From positions 710,999-774,998 of the forward strand of contig NW_003526947.1 of the NCBI RefSeq assembly GCF_000181795.1: a DNA stretch of 64,000 nt, given 5' to 3'. This document shows, piece by piece, positions 41,641 to 55,961 of this stretch. Both the position numbers and the translations under genes were made by a program. Position 1 is the stretch's first letter; each line of letters starts with the position of its first letter. The notes beneath the pieces were generated by a model. It did no database searches. It saw only the letters and a program-made list of their open reading frames with translations, and was not told the origin of the DNA. This stretch comes from Trichinella spiralis (lineage: Eukaryota).

Positions 41641-42124
41641 TGTCAAATTTAAACTTAACTACATGGAATTATTCTCAGCGTATGATGTGCAAACTTTACA
41701 GCCTTTCAGACTGAGAATTGAGCGCATATAAATGTTGACTGAGAAAATTGCAAATAAAACTGCGAAATGAAATTGAATAAATATTTAGAAAAAACAAATT
41801 AACATATAAAAAACATTTTTTAAGTACATTTAATGCTTGGCATGCTTTTTTGTTATCTGAGAAAAAAGCAGTATATAAACACAAAAGGAGCTGTATTTTT
41901 CTGGCTTACTGTTGTAGTAATAATTATTGTCAACTCGACTCTGTTAACACAATAACAATGATATATGATACATAAAATGATAAATTTGCATTCAAAAACA
42001 GTGTTGAAAAATATCTGACGGCGGACAGTGTCAAGCAAATGAGAATACTTGCACCAGTAACCAGTAGGAAGTAACCATTGATACACGGAAAAATGAGCTA
42101 GATTGCTCCTGTGTATTTGGTCAG

Positions 42125-43845
42125 TTATGACTAATTACTCTATGCAAATAATGAGCGAAACAAAATTAGCATAGAATTCAAAGTAGATCCGTAAACTGTA
42201 TTTCAACGAACAGCTTAACTGACTGGATTACTGGATATCGAAGTGAATTCTGCACCGTCAGATTAGATGAAATCTTTTCAGTAAAGCATACCGAAGAGAA
42301 TTCCATGGATAGTTTTATAGGTTTTGCTTCATTCATTCAAATTCATTAAATAGTGTTCATTGTTTTATTTACACGCGTTATCAATAAATCTGGTGTGACA
42401 TTTCAGTGAATTGTTCAACTTTATCGAATGTCAGCGGATAAAGAACTATTAGACGGACATCACAGCTCGAAAAGGAAAGGTACCATGTGTATACGTTAGC
42501 CCAATTTTCATCATCCATTCTTTAGTGTCAAAGAGAACTGCATTGCGAAGCGTACTTGACTATGCAAACTATCTTCAAATTCTATATTCGTATGCAGAAT
42601 ATAAGAATACTTTGAATCAGGTGACCAGCATTGTCAAAGTAAGGTTATCTATTCAACTGATTGATTGATTGATTCATTTTCATTTCATTTAATACAAGTA
42701 TTCAGAACATCTATCTCTTTGTAAAGCAAAAATTATACAGCAGTTTAATAACAGGCAAATTATAAAATAAAAAATTGCAAGGTTTTCACTGACATGCATT
42801 TATTTGTTTTGTTGCAATCTGAGAAATATTTTACAATATTGTTAAGTACAATTTTGCATATTATTATTTTATTTTGGAAAACGTTTTAATGGCGACGATT
42901 TTTCTACTGATTTTAGAATCGTGAAAAGCAAAATGAAATATTAGAAGAGAAACTGGTAAAACAGTACAATGAAATACGATCGCTTTATGTAATGCTAAAA
43001 TGCGTTCGTGAAAAAATGATCGATACGCAAAATGAGGCATTGGGAAATTGGTCCATAAATTTGCAGCTTCTGTAATGTTTTCAAATTTTAGAACAAAATA
43101 CTCAGTCAGTTGCATAAATCAGTCGAAGCAGCAATTGGTCGTATAAAGTTGATAACCAATTTTCCAGATGAAACATCCGTAAAAATGTTGAACGTGAATA
43201 CGATAAGTTTAGGTGTACCAAAGTTGTTCATTTTTAAATATTTATATTTTACAATATTCCATTTGTTGTTATAGAAAACATTGCAATATCACTAAAGCCA
43301 TTGTTTGAAAGTGAAGATAAAATTTCTGCACTAGAAAAGTCAGTCGATGGTAATTTACATTGCTTAACGAGCTTGGCAGATGAAAATGCTGAACTTTCAA
43401 CGTAAAATAATATATTTTCATAGATAAAAGAATCTTGAAAATTTAGTCATTTCTATTTTAGACTTAAGAAAAGTGTAATTGTCACTGAAGAACACATTAC
43501 CGAGCAGAAATTTAATTCAATCATTCAATATTTAAAACGTTCTTTTCCATAGTAATTTGTCTTTTTTCTATGTCATGTCAATATTAAATGCGTTTAACTG
43601 AGTAGAAATGGAATTGGATGTTGTGTGATGGAAGCCCTCCATCAGCAGGAAGGAGTAGAAGACAAAAATCATATATTACACTTGACTGTTTGTATAATTG
43701 TACTGTAATCTTGTTCTAAACTTTGATGGTAATGTTTACTGATTAGGTGTGTTTACAGAATTTCGAAATTCGCGGTCAGAATTGGATAGAATCCCTTTAC
43801 TTGATTGTCAGAAACAAAAATCTTTTGTGCAGCATCTATGCATAA
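42125..43845 (+). CDS. Hypothetical multi-exon protein (5' structure uncertain)
   Basis: Series of short open segments bounded by AG/GT sites (~42214-42320, 42526-42638, 43168-43212, 43275-43401, 43462-43552, 43602-43687, 43759-43845). Not visible in the ORF track and no family recognised. Confidence 0.4.
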
Positions 43846-46475
43846 CATTGGAAAGCACAACAAAATGTTATTTTCATCGTCTGTTCATGCTTGAGAGTCC
43901 GGATATTCTTAGCTGATAATTTTTAATATTTAAATAGCTAATTTCTCGTAATAGTGAATGACTGCAATTTGATCACGTTCCGCTGGTTTGAATATTTTGA
44001 TTACAGTTTCCATAATAGCGTTGGTGCTCAACAAAGTCGAACGTCAGAGCTGCATTCAATTTAGGTCGTGTCATGGAACATTTGAAAATATTTGTATACT
44101 GCTTTGCCAGTCGAAGAGTGCTGATAAACTGGCGACAAGTTAATTTGAAGTATTTTAAGTATTTAAAAATCCTCACATAATTAATTAGCACTGCAAAAGA
44201 TGCAGCCAATCAATCATGTTACGTTGAAATAGAAAACGCCTATTCCAATTTTGACAACATCAAATTGGTTAATATTCAATAATATTTTCCATCATTTTCC
44301 CTTTTCCTGTGAATAATTTGATAATTTTCAAACAAAGAAATGGACAAAATATTTAATATTTACAACAGTGCAAAATGTGCAAAATATTTGTGATATTAAT
44401 CCAACAAATGGAATATATTTTGCTTTGTAGAATAATTGAATTTTCTTTATTTATGTGAAAATAAAATTCAAACTGAAAGTTCCTTCAAATTTTAAAACAG
44501 TGCAATATCGAAAATTTTCAATTTTTACTCTCAGTTATTTGAATATTTTCAATTCTGACAGATCAATTTCCGATTTGTATGCAATTTCATTTGTCTCAAA
44601 TGTTCCAAAATTGCAATGTATTCAAATTAAATTCCCCTTTTTTAATTACCAAGCTATTCGGTTAATAATTTTTTCCCCAATGCTATTGTTGTCTTCAAAA
44701 CATTTGCTATACGAAAATAGCTTCTTCATGTAAGTATTTCTGTTTGAATGCAATCGTTCAAATATGAATAATTTTATTTTTTCTTAATATAAAATTGTAT
44801 ATATTTATATCCATTTGTACATTTCAACTGCACAGGACGATCAATGTTTACTAAAATGTTTTGCTAATTGTTTGTACTGTTGTAAATATTTGAATAAAAT
44901 TTCATTTTCACATGTTGAAATGTTTCGAATTTGGTCATGTGTAATCGATGCAACTTGAAATTTATGATTTTCTTCTCAATTTTGCATTGCTTGAAGAAAA
45001 AGAATAAAACATTTTCAACGATGGATGAATATTCTGTGAAATATAAATTTAAAATGATTAACAAAAACGCAATTTTAATATTTTATTATTATTTTTTTGA
45101 AAAAAACAATCATTATATATAGATATTGTTTTGTTATTTATAATTTAAAAACACAATTTAAATTTACATCGATGTATGAGGTATGTGGATTGTCGCAGAA
45201 AAAAGTTTGCCCCTGAAATGAACAAAGAATTAAAACTTATTGCGCATTGCTTCTTTTTCAGCTTGAATGAATGAATAAAATGTTATGGCATGTTTTATGG
45301 CAAATAAAAGGGGGGAAAAATTATGCTGACTTGCTTTTGTTTCGTTGCATATTGTTTGCAAAATGTGCCTCCGTGTGTGGCTCTTTCTTGGAATTACTTC
45401 TTCAACATTGTCTGTGCATGATCGCATTTTTCCAACTATTACTTAAAAATGGCCATTGAAAAGTCGAACTCCACTTCTCTTTTCGGTGTCGTTCTTTCTT
45501 TTCTCTTCTCTTTTCACTCTGCTCCATTCTGAAGGCGTTTATTCATTCATTCATCCATTCATTCATTTGTTTGTTTGTTTGTTTGTTTGTTTGTTTTCTC
45601 TTTTAATTTTTTTTGCTATTTTCAGTTCAGTACAACTTCATTTATCACAACACATAAAGCATTATTAAAAATAAATGCTGCCAAATTGGGTCAGTGATCG
45701 ACATTTCACCAACAACGTTGTTGGTCAAAATCAAGGAGCTTCATTTTTCAATAAATTCTATTAAGTTGTAAAAGAAGGGGAGGGGACGGGTTAAGAAAAA
45801 ATAATAATAAAGAATGAAAGAAAAAAAATATGCCACGAAAAAGAAGGCTACCTTTTGTTCATTTTCATTAAAGTCACAATAACACCAAGCTAACGAAATG
45901 ACAAAATCGGACGCCGGAAAAGCCTGAAAAAGAGACATTATCTTTTGACATTTTTCCATCTGTCAAAAACTTTTCAAAACCCATTTCAACGTGTAAATTC
46001 ATACATGCTCCTTTCGAAATATACTTCAAAATGTAAAACAATATTATTATTTTCTTTTTTTTATCATGCAAATATTTGCAAATATGAATGATAAAAAAAC
46101 AAATTTCATTTACAGTTTCGTATTACTGTAAACTTTACTTGATTATTATTATTCAAAAACAACGTAGCAATCCAATTTTGTACAGTTGTTGTTTAGTTGT
46201 GCTTTTTTTAGTTTGTTTGTTTATTATTTCAAAGATAAGTAATATTTTTGGAAAAGAAGAATAAGAATGTGTGGAATTTGGAAAAAGGCAATCTGGCTTG
46301 CGACCTTGACACGCGACAAACGGTGAAAGTTAACCGTCAAACCTAATTTTCGCTGAACGCGCCCGGTCTGGCCGTGTCATTTCATTTGATAGCATACTGC
46401 GTCGACGGGTTATAATAAACCTGCTTGCTTGACTGATAGCAGCCCACCGACATTGATTTTTCATCTCTCCTTCTT

Positions 46476-46584
46476 TCATCATCATCATCATCATTATCAT
46501 CATCGTCATCATCGCCATCGCCATCACCATCACCATCATCATCACCATCACCGTCACCATCACTGTTGTCATCGTTATGATCGT
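46476..46584. repeat. Imperfect (CAT/CAC)n trinucleotide microsatellite
   Basis: Run of catcatcat..caccatcac; produces spurious poly-His, poly-Asp and poly-Met ORFs. Confidence 0.85.
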
Positions 46585-47136
46585 TATATTTCAAAAAAAA
46601 ATTTTTTCTCCACATTTATGCATACATTTATTTACCGAAAATTACGTAATCCGCAAACCTGTTCAATTCACCAAATCGAAAACAGACAAAAATTATTTGT
46701 ACATAATTTTTATTTACTTTACTATCTTTTTTTTCCATTTTTTCACACATTCACTCAGCTTTCGAAGCATTAATTGGCAATCGAAAGTTTAAAATTGGTC
46801 GAAAGCTATGCTAATTCAAAGAAAACAGAAACAAAAGAAAAATAAAAAGAAAAGAAATGCAAAAAAGCTTGGATATGCAAATGTGGGTAATAAAAAGGAA
46901 AAAAAGTATTCTTATTTTGATCTCTAATGAAGAGAAAACGAAAAGAAGAAGATGAAGAAGAAGAATCAACATTCCGCTTCGTAATACTAGTAAGTAATAA
47001 TGTAAAGCTAAACGATCAGTTAGTACAGGGGTAGCTAGAAGTGAAAAGAACACCGTTCGGACGTAGTAAAATCGGAATCCGTGAAAACAGACGACAAAGT
47101 TTGGTATTTTGCTTTTTCTTTTTTCGTATGATTTAT

Positions 47137-48344
47137 TCAACGACGAGTCCCATCGGAAAAGAACACTCCGCCATCCAAGGCGCAATATTTTGGACATATG
47201 CCCTTTTCGCCGGTGACGCCAGGCGGTCCGGGGGGTCCTTTTTCACCTTGAGGTCCCTCTGATCCGGGCGGTCCGTGCGGACCACGGGGTCCTTTTGAGC
47301 CAATTAATCCTGGCAAACCATCCTGCACAGAAACAAAAAGCAAACAACAAAATTATTACCTTATTTTCATGGTAAAAATAAACGCTGTTCAATTGATTAC
47401 TTTTCCAGGTTCTCCAGGTTCACCAGGCAAACCGACCAATCCCGGTTCTCCAATTTCACCCGGGTCGCCTGGTATTACACCATACGAATGGGTTGCAGGT
47501 ATGCCAGGTTCACCCATCAATCCCGGTGGTCCAGGTGGTCCTGGGGTTCCTGGTTTACCTGGTGGCCCAGGAGGATTCGGCGGTCCGTCCATACCATCAC
47601 GTCCAGGTTTTCCAGGTGGTCCACATTCACCTGAAAAATTGATAATTTTTTTTACAAACAATATATAAATATTTCACAAAAGCATGTAATTATTTGTTTC
47701 TATTAATTAATTTTTTGAATAATTACCAGGTTGTCCTGGTGGTCCAGGGGGTCCGGGAGGACCTGGTTGACAGACGTCACATTGTGGAGGAACGGGAATG
47801 TCGCAAGGAAGCGGCGGTGGCATACCTGGTAATCCCGGTACACCAGCTTTACCTGGTTTGCCATTTTTGCCAGGTCGACCAGGTGCTCCCGGAGGACCAG
47901 GTAATCCGGGAAGACAACAGCCTAAAATGGAATGAGCAAGCTGGAAAAGTGAAAATTTACAATCGAGCTTCACAATCACCTTCACATGTGCCAGCTATTT
48001 GTTCAGTTGGAGCTTCGGCCGGATATTCGGGACCAGTATCTAGACCATAAGCTTGACGACGTGTTCGATTGGAGCTTGTTTGGAATTTTATTCGAGAAAT
48101 GTCGTTTTTCAGCTCAAAAGCGGTGTGCTAATGAATGACGAAACAATTAACATTGGATAAGAGATAAGTTGAATTGTATTACTCGGCAAGCGTTGGCATC
48201 ATGACTCATCCGAACGCGTACATGGCGTACATAATTGTACACCATTGGCAGAGTAACAGATACGGAAAGCAAAGAAAGCAAGCTGAACGTTACGGCAGTT
48301 AAAGCGACGAATTTGTACGCGGCCGTTCGCTTGTCAACATCCAT
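47137..48344 (-). CDS. Nematode cuticle collagen
   Basis: Col_cuticle_N-type N-terminus '[31 protein letters not shown]', an RTRRQ cleavage site, interrupted Gly-X-Y blocks and C-terminal '[13 protein letters not shown]'. Confidence 0.95.
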
Positions 48345-48403
48345 GCTTACGGTATGCTTGGGCTACGTTCGCAGTGGCAGTCAATGTTGTGGAAGAAGAA
48401 GCC

Positions 48404-48411
48404 TTTTTATA
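48404..48411 (-). promoter_or_regulatory. TATA box of the collagen gene
   Basis: TATAAAAA on the minus strand ~60 bp upstream of the collagen ATG. Confidence 0.5.
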
Positions 48412-50943
48412 TTCCATTTTTGTGTCCCATTTTCCCCCTGACAAGTTCTACTGATTTTAATCACTGAACTTCTCTCAGGCTCAGTGAATCGACGCTCCCG
48501 CCTTTCAGCACTGGGCGCAGCGCCGCCACAGCTTTTCCGTTCGACAATCCAACCAAAATTGGGATACTTGAAGCTATTTATCAAAAAGCAGGCCACTGAT
48601 TATTCTTTTCATCAATTGTTTTTTTCTTTTAATTTAACAAAAATTAAATTTCAAATTGCAAATTTACCCCCGTCGCTTTGGGCACCATTTCCATTTATCA
48701 ATATGAAAAGCATAAATCGATTTTCAAGCATATTTTTGTTGTTCCATGAAGAAAAAAAGCCATCAAAAATCTACAACATTCCATTATTCTATTAATGTTT
48801 GTTAATGGAAAATTTTTACAAACAAACAAACAAACAAACAAACATATCTCCTTTGCTTCATTGTAAACTGTATTCCTTGCATAATTAATTCAATTTGCAT
48901 GAAAAGTTTGTTTTTCCAAATATTTAAAAGAAACACAAATGTAATATTCAAAAATTTTCATTTTCAATTCATAAATTAAAATTACTACAAACGTAAATTT
49001 ACTACTCCCATTGTTGATTCAATGAAATTTGCATTTATTAATTTTAATAATATTATTAATATCTGTTATTTTTTTAATTAAAATTTGACAAAATTGATTA
49101 AAAAAATCATATTATTTAAAAGTATTCTATTGAGAATAGAATTATGAATAAAACTGATCATTAATTCCAGTGCTGTTGATGGTGGTGGTGCTGATAATGA
49201 CGGTGGAAGAGGAATTTGCAAGCAACATTGCAATCGACAACCCGTTTATTCATTCAATTGATAACTTTCAATCAAATCTGCTCATATCTGCCCTAAGTTG
49301 CGGCGTAAAAATGGGTTCCTTTCGATCAAAGTGGACATTAATCGAAAAAGCAAATTTCGAAAATCTGGAAATTATTCATTTCATCTATTCTCTCTACTAT
49401 CGCCTATTCTATTCATTTTGTGCTTTATTCAATGAACAAATATTTTGCACATTATATTATATTTTATTATATTTTTTAATACATATAAATTAATTTTTGC
49501 ACAACACTTGGAATTATAAATTAATTTACAAGTACTAAGAAAATAACAACTTGTAAGAGATGTTTGAAAATCAAAAAAAACCAAGATGAAAAATTCAATC
49601 ATACAGCAAAATGAAAATGTTTGCTTTTTCGAAATTTAATTCAACTTTTTCCTTTCCAATAATTTCAACAAATTTACATCTCATATGATCAATATCACAG
49701 TATGATTTATTTAATCATGTTGATCATTTTTAATAAATAAATTATCAAAAATGCAATCAAATCACGGTTAAAATGTATTTGAAAATGTGTCGACGATTGT
49801 GTTGATAAATATTTTTAGTACAAATCAATTACTGAATGCAGCACAAACGATAAAAGTGTTAATCTTTTAATAATTTTCGACAGTAATTTCTGTATCCATT
49901 TTTAAACTTGGTAATAATGATTTATTTATTTTCAAAACTGTCGATAATAATTGTACGTTTCTGTTGCCAATTTTAAACGTCCATAAAGAAGAATAAGAAA
50001 AAGTAGAAGCGGTGCATCGCCGTGCTAATCAAACTAACTGTTTATTATAATTTCTAACATTAACCGCATTGAGTGACTTGATGCCTGATTTTAATAGAAT
50101 ATGAAGAATAACTTTTGAAAGTTTTACAAAAAAAAACAGACCATATTCACACCTTAATTATTCAATTCAAATCTACATCTATATATATATATATATAATT
50201 TATTTCTATGCACATCTGTGCTAACAAATATATATATATATTTGTTTGCATATCAATCAATTTATTCTGTACAATTAGATCAGTTTCTCTATATACACTA
50301 CTTTTTGCAAATCTGTTAAACAATTTATCACACTATTGAGAAAAGTAATTGCAAAACTAATTTTATATTTTACGAAAATTTATTTCTTTTGATAAAAAAA
50401 GAAAGAAAATTTTTTTACTTTCCATTTCAACCAACTTTTTGCCAACTGTGATGATATTTAAAAATATTCTTCTTCGCATGCATTTGCAGTGAAAATTAAT
50501 AGTCAATTATTAACAAACTTGCTCAATTGAAACACTGAAAAACTTGAAGCAATTATTTTAATTTTTTTATTCAGATATAAAAAGTCACCATTTGTCAGCG
50601 CAATTAAAACCAGTGACCAATGAACCATTCTCACATCCTAACCTATTCTACTACAAAAAATATTTTCAAATCTCTCTGCTAGATGCATTTCCATTTAAAT
50701 ATCAATTGCATCCAACAACTTGCACATCAATACATCAAAACGTTGCATTTGAAAAATGCATCCCATTTCCACACAATGAGCGTTCATTGCAGTTTAATCA
50801 ATCAAATATAAATTAAATCCGAATTTCTTTGATAAAATTTGAAACTGTTTTTCTGAGATTATTATTATTATAAAACAACTGGTTCAATATCAAAAAAGCT
50901 GTTCAGATAATTCTAAGATGCACAACAAGCCGGATCAATGACC

Positions 50944-51770
50944 TCAGTCGTCCTTGTCCACTGCGCCGTGCTTCAGCATGCGAGCAAATTCGACGTAATT
51001 GAAAAAGTTGTTCTTTATTGGCGCATCTTTGAACAGTTCATCCACTTGTTCATTGGTATAGCGATCGCCCATCGTTGTCAAAAGTTCTCGCAAATATTCC
51101 TCTTTGATATATCCTAAAAACTCAATTTGGAATGCAACGCAAAAATGGCCTCAACACATTCTCAACATCCCATTTTATACCTGTGCCTTCTTCGTCAAAA
51201 CACTGAAATGCATTTCGAATAACTTCTTCCGGATCTGTGCCTGTCATCTTTTCTCCGAACAACGTTAAAAATACTGTGAAATTTATTGTACCTGGAGATT
51301 CATTAATCATACTATCCAAAACATCATCACTCACGTCTTTGCCTGCAATTTAAAATTCCTGTAAACATACACTTCGTAATTTAAAATGCTGTGCTTTTCA
51401 ACACAAGATATGTGCAAATTTGGAACTTTTCAAAGGCATTCTACAAAACTGATATAATTTGAAAACTGCATGCTGTTGCAAGAGAGACAATTCAACTGAG
51501 AATATTAAACAATACCAGCTGATTTTCATTTTCACATATTCACGGATATTTAAAAAGCCAGAAACAAAAAAAACAAAACATTTTACCTAGAGAAGCAAAC
51601 ATATCGTGCAAATCCTCTTTATCGATAAAGCCATCTCGATTTTGGTCGATCATATTGAAGGCTTCTTTGAATTCTTGTATTTGGGCCTGGCTGAACATAG
51701 CAAAAATGTTGCTAGTAGCCCTTTGGAACCGTTTACGGTTAAGGCCTTTCCTATTCACTCTTGAAGCCAT
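50944..51770 (-). CDS. mlc-4: Non-muscle myosin regulatory light chain, 3 exons
   Basis: '[51 protein letters not shown]', '[29 protein letters not shown]' and C-terminal '[10 protein letters not shown]'. Confidence 0.95.
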
Positions 51771-52178
51771 TCCTTGTTGCAAACAATCACCACTGACAAA
51801 CTGCTGTCAACAAAACAATTTGATCAAAGAGCATACTGTAATATAAGTTGACGATCACGTTTATTCTACAGACTACGGTATTCTAACCTTCCCGTTGACA
51901 TGAGGCAGCAGTATGAAAAAAGAAATCCACCATGTTCAAAAGCTTTGTTTTTCGGTGCTATAGATTATAATTTTGAAATAAATAATTATTTTACACGCCT
52001 TTCAATGCCAAAAATGTATTTCATTTTGAAATTTTCAATTTATTTGAAAAAAACATAAACTTTTCCCATCTCAACCAACTGGTTGATAAAACATGAAGCA
52101 CAAGGGTAACAAATTTTGAAATTCTAATAACTACAGCAAACGTAGACTTCTTCTCTTCGTCGTTTTGAAACTGGCGCA

Positions 52179-54446
52179 TCAACGCTTTGTCCTTAAAATA
52201 ATAAAATTTTTAAAAATGAAATTATGTTGATTTTCTAATTAGTAAACATTCAATTTTGAAATATTAAATACAAATTCTACATACCACGTCCATTTTTTAC
52301 GTGCACCAGGTTGGGCAACTTTCTTTCTTTCATGCCTTCGTCTGTCCCAAGTCAGTAAACCATCTAAAGTTCAAGTTATAAAATTTTTATAACCATTACT
52401 TAATTTCTTTTTATTACATCTTAGGTGATAATAAGAAAATTTAATAGCACTTTCTTCTTGTAAAAATAAGATATTCTAGCAATGCATGAAATAAGCAAAG
52501 CCGTACATACTTAAACGAAGTTTCATTTTAGTTTCTTCGCTCACAAAAGCGCACAAAGCTAACGCGATTCCGTGTCTTACTGCTCCTGCTTTAGTACTTT
52601 CACCACCACCTGTAGTCTCTGCAATCACATCATACATTCCCAAACATTCTGCAGTCAGAAAAGGCGTCAACATCACAGCGCTAATTAAAAATTTTAAAAT
52701 TAATTAAAAATTTGTATAAAAACTACAAGAAGATAAATAAATAAATATATACCGTGACTCCTGAGAAAAGAAATCACATAATTCCAAGTTATCAACGGAA
52801 AATTTTCCTGTTCCATTTGCATATAATTTCACAGTGGCACTATGTTTTCGTCGTTTCCCGACTGCAACAGCATATTTTCTGTTCCATTCATCATATAGTA
52901 TCTAAAATAGTGAAAAAATAAAAATTTCGTCATAAAAAAATTTCAGTAATCAATTTTCAAACTTCTGGAGTGGAGACAGTTAATAAAGTAGTTGCTTCAT
53001 CACACATCTTACGCCGGTATTTCATTATAAAATCTTTTTCCCGCAAACTGTAAGACTGATCTGTCAGATGATTCATGGCGCTCAAAAATCTCTCATACTT
53101 AAATAAAAATATACTAAAATAAAAAGGGACGAAAGTGAAATAAATAAATACAAACTTGAACTTCAGAAACATTTTCAGACAGCATTGTTTGCAATTGTTC
53201 TCGCGAAATCCATTGTGTTCCGGTAGTATCACTACAGTTAAAAAAATACTACTTCAACTTGATTACCTGATAATGCGGTGATGTACTTTTAAAAGCGTTT
53301 TACAAAGTATAATAATGGCAGTATGCTTTCAAATAAATTAATCAGAACATCACTGAATCATTACATGAACGCCTGAACTGAAAACTATTTTAAAAAACCG
53401 AAATCTGTAAATTCCAGTGATTTACGATAATGATGTTAAATTGGCTTTATGCATTGCTTAAAGTATGCAATAATGCAGCTTAAATTCAAATAAAAACTGC
53501 CAAACCGTTACAAGACTGCCTTCATTTATTCCAAATGTTATATGACAAACATCTTACAAACGTGCTTCTTCTGATGAAAGCTTTCCTTGTCTCAGTTGAG
53601 TATCTTCATATCGCTGCAGCGCGTCTGTTTTCTCAGCACAATCCTAAAACATAATGAAAAAATAAAACTTTGAAAACGTAAAATTTTCGAAAAAAAATGT
53701 CAAAATTCATACAAACATAATTTGATAAAATGATGCATTCAACGTGTAGAACAAAAAGTGAAATGGACGACCATCTGTGTCAAATTCGGCACTTTTGATG
53801 CGAGGAAATAATTCATCAGGGTGCTAAAATTCGTAATTTCAATTCATGATAAATCAATAAAATAAAAAAATGAATCGCCTCACTTTCATAATTGGTCTAG
53901 ATTTCAGTGAAAATAAGCCGGATGGAAAAAGATATCTAATTGCATTCTATAAAAAGAATACAAATATACATAACGAAAATAAGCAAATAACAGGAAAAAT
54001 TAAAAATATAAAGAAAAGAAAATTCAAAATTCCAGTGTATAATTTGTTGTTCGATTTTAAATGCTCACATCTATATCTTCTTTGGTAATTGCATCTGCGT
54101 CAAAACCCATCATGTTTGCCAAATGACGTTTCCCAAGTTCATACTTTTCAATTTCAATGTCCATTTTGATTTCTAAATAACTTTTTTTTTAAATATAAAG
54201 CTCAAAATTTTTCAATTATACGAAAAATTATTTGAAACAACTTCGATCGGAGGCACTTTTCAAATAAGCTGCCATTGCTTTACTTATTTTAACAATTTTT
54301 CCAGAAGAAACAAAACTTTTCGATAAAGGCTGAATGTTTAGTTTATCTGGAAGTTCTTTCACGCCTTCACCAGCAACAGAATTTAGTCTTCTTGAAATCA
54401 CCTTCAATCTAACAGTCTTCACCACATATCTGTTCATCATTGTCAT
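52179..54446 (-). CDS. mrps-9: Mitochondrial ribosomal protein S9 (uS9m), multi-exon
   Basis: 'ISKAMAAYL', 'GKRHLANMMG', 'AIRYLFPSGLF', 'DGRPFH', 'GKRRKHSATV', 'GGGESTKAGAVRHGIALAL' and C-terminal 'GLLTWDRRRHERKKVAQPGARKKWTW-TKR*'. Confidence 0.9.
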
Positions 54447-55961
54447 TGAAAAGTTACTGAATATGTAAATCATTTCTAAAACAGATATTAAAAATATTAT
54501 TTAAATAGTTACAAAAATAATAAAAATTACTTTTAAATTATTGGCAATGCTTTAAAATTTATTAATTTATAAAAGACAGTAATACTAACAACAAGTACAA
54601 ATGAATGAAAAATAAATATATGAATAAATTAATAATTTTCGTAGAAAAATTTTCACAAGTTGAAAAAATCAGGCTTGTAAATTATTTTTTATATCGTCCA
54701 CAACATATCATCTCAATAACTTATTTGAATTCTTTTTTTCAAAGAATATTCGCATATACTACGCGCATATAGCATGTCAGCTATTAGTATGTTTTTTTAA
54801 TATTGCTGTAAACAGTGACAAAAAGTACATATTTTGAATATCCAAATTCTTACTGTAGATTACTGTATGATAAAAATGATTGATTGATTGATTGACGATA
54901 TGTGGAACAAAAGTAAATATTCATTTCCATCGATTGTGATTGATATTGTAATATTGTTACTGTTGAATCGGTTAACGTATAAAAGAACGAAGGTAAACTT
55001 GTAAGAGATTTAAAATACGGTTTACATAAAAAGAATTCTAGCGATGGCTGATTGAATCGAAGAGTTTTCACCTAGGAACAAACAGAATTGACTCGTTTTC
55101 CATATACAGAGTTGATACTGTATTAGTGAACGAGAATTGAACGTTAAGTCGACGAAACCGATTTGATTCATATCAGCGTTAAGCGAAAACGTTGATATTT
55201 TAAGCAGTTGACGAAATACTGTGATTTGATAGATAGTCGACTTACCACGAGCTGAATTGAACGATTTGAACGCGCGTAACCAGAGTTACTGCTTTGATAG
55301 TAGATCATCAGAGGAACCTGACGATTGTAGAAGAAGAAGATGGATTTTACAAATATGTTGGCAAAATATTAAAATTTCATGATAACAAGCGCTTCATATA
55401 TTTGGAAATTTTTATCTTGTCAATTATGGAAAATTTTAAAAGAAATTTAAACGATAACTTGACTTTCAGTTAAATCAGTAACATGAGTAGTTGAATTTGC
55501 AATGTTCTGTGGAAAATTATATTATATTGATTTCAACCACAACTGTATTTGCCTGAAAGCTTCATCCATTTCGAATGCTATATTTTGTTGCGCAGAACAA
55601 AAAGCAGAAATTCTTAAACGTGGGAATCTATTTTGAAGAGCAAAAGTTCAGTAAGTATATTGATTATGTACTATGGTTTGATTATCGTTTGAGTTGTATA
55701 TATATAAGTTAAAGTTATATAAGTTTTGCTCAGTGTATCGCCTTTTTTCACTTGTTAAATCAGAAATGCATTATTGAAAAAAAACAGGGTCACTTGTTTT
55801 TTGAATACTTTATCAATTTGAATATTTTAGTTTATGAATTTTTAAAATTTTGTTTAATAAACATCAAAATAATCCCAAGAATAAAGTAGGAAGAGAAATC
55901 TTTGCTTGAATGCAAAGTTGAATGTTAAAAGTGATGAATTAATTAAGAGAAGAGTTTCGTT

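Noticed and set aside
46330..46773. Poly-His, poly-Asp and poly-Met ORFs
   Set aside because: By-products of a CAT microsatellite downstream of the collagen gene.
47369..48050. Plus-strand Gly/Pro-rich ORFs
   Set aside because: Antisense shadows of the minus-strand collagen.
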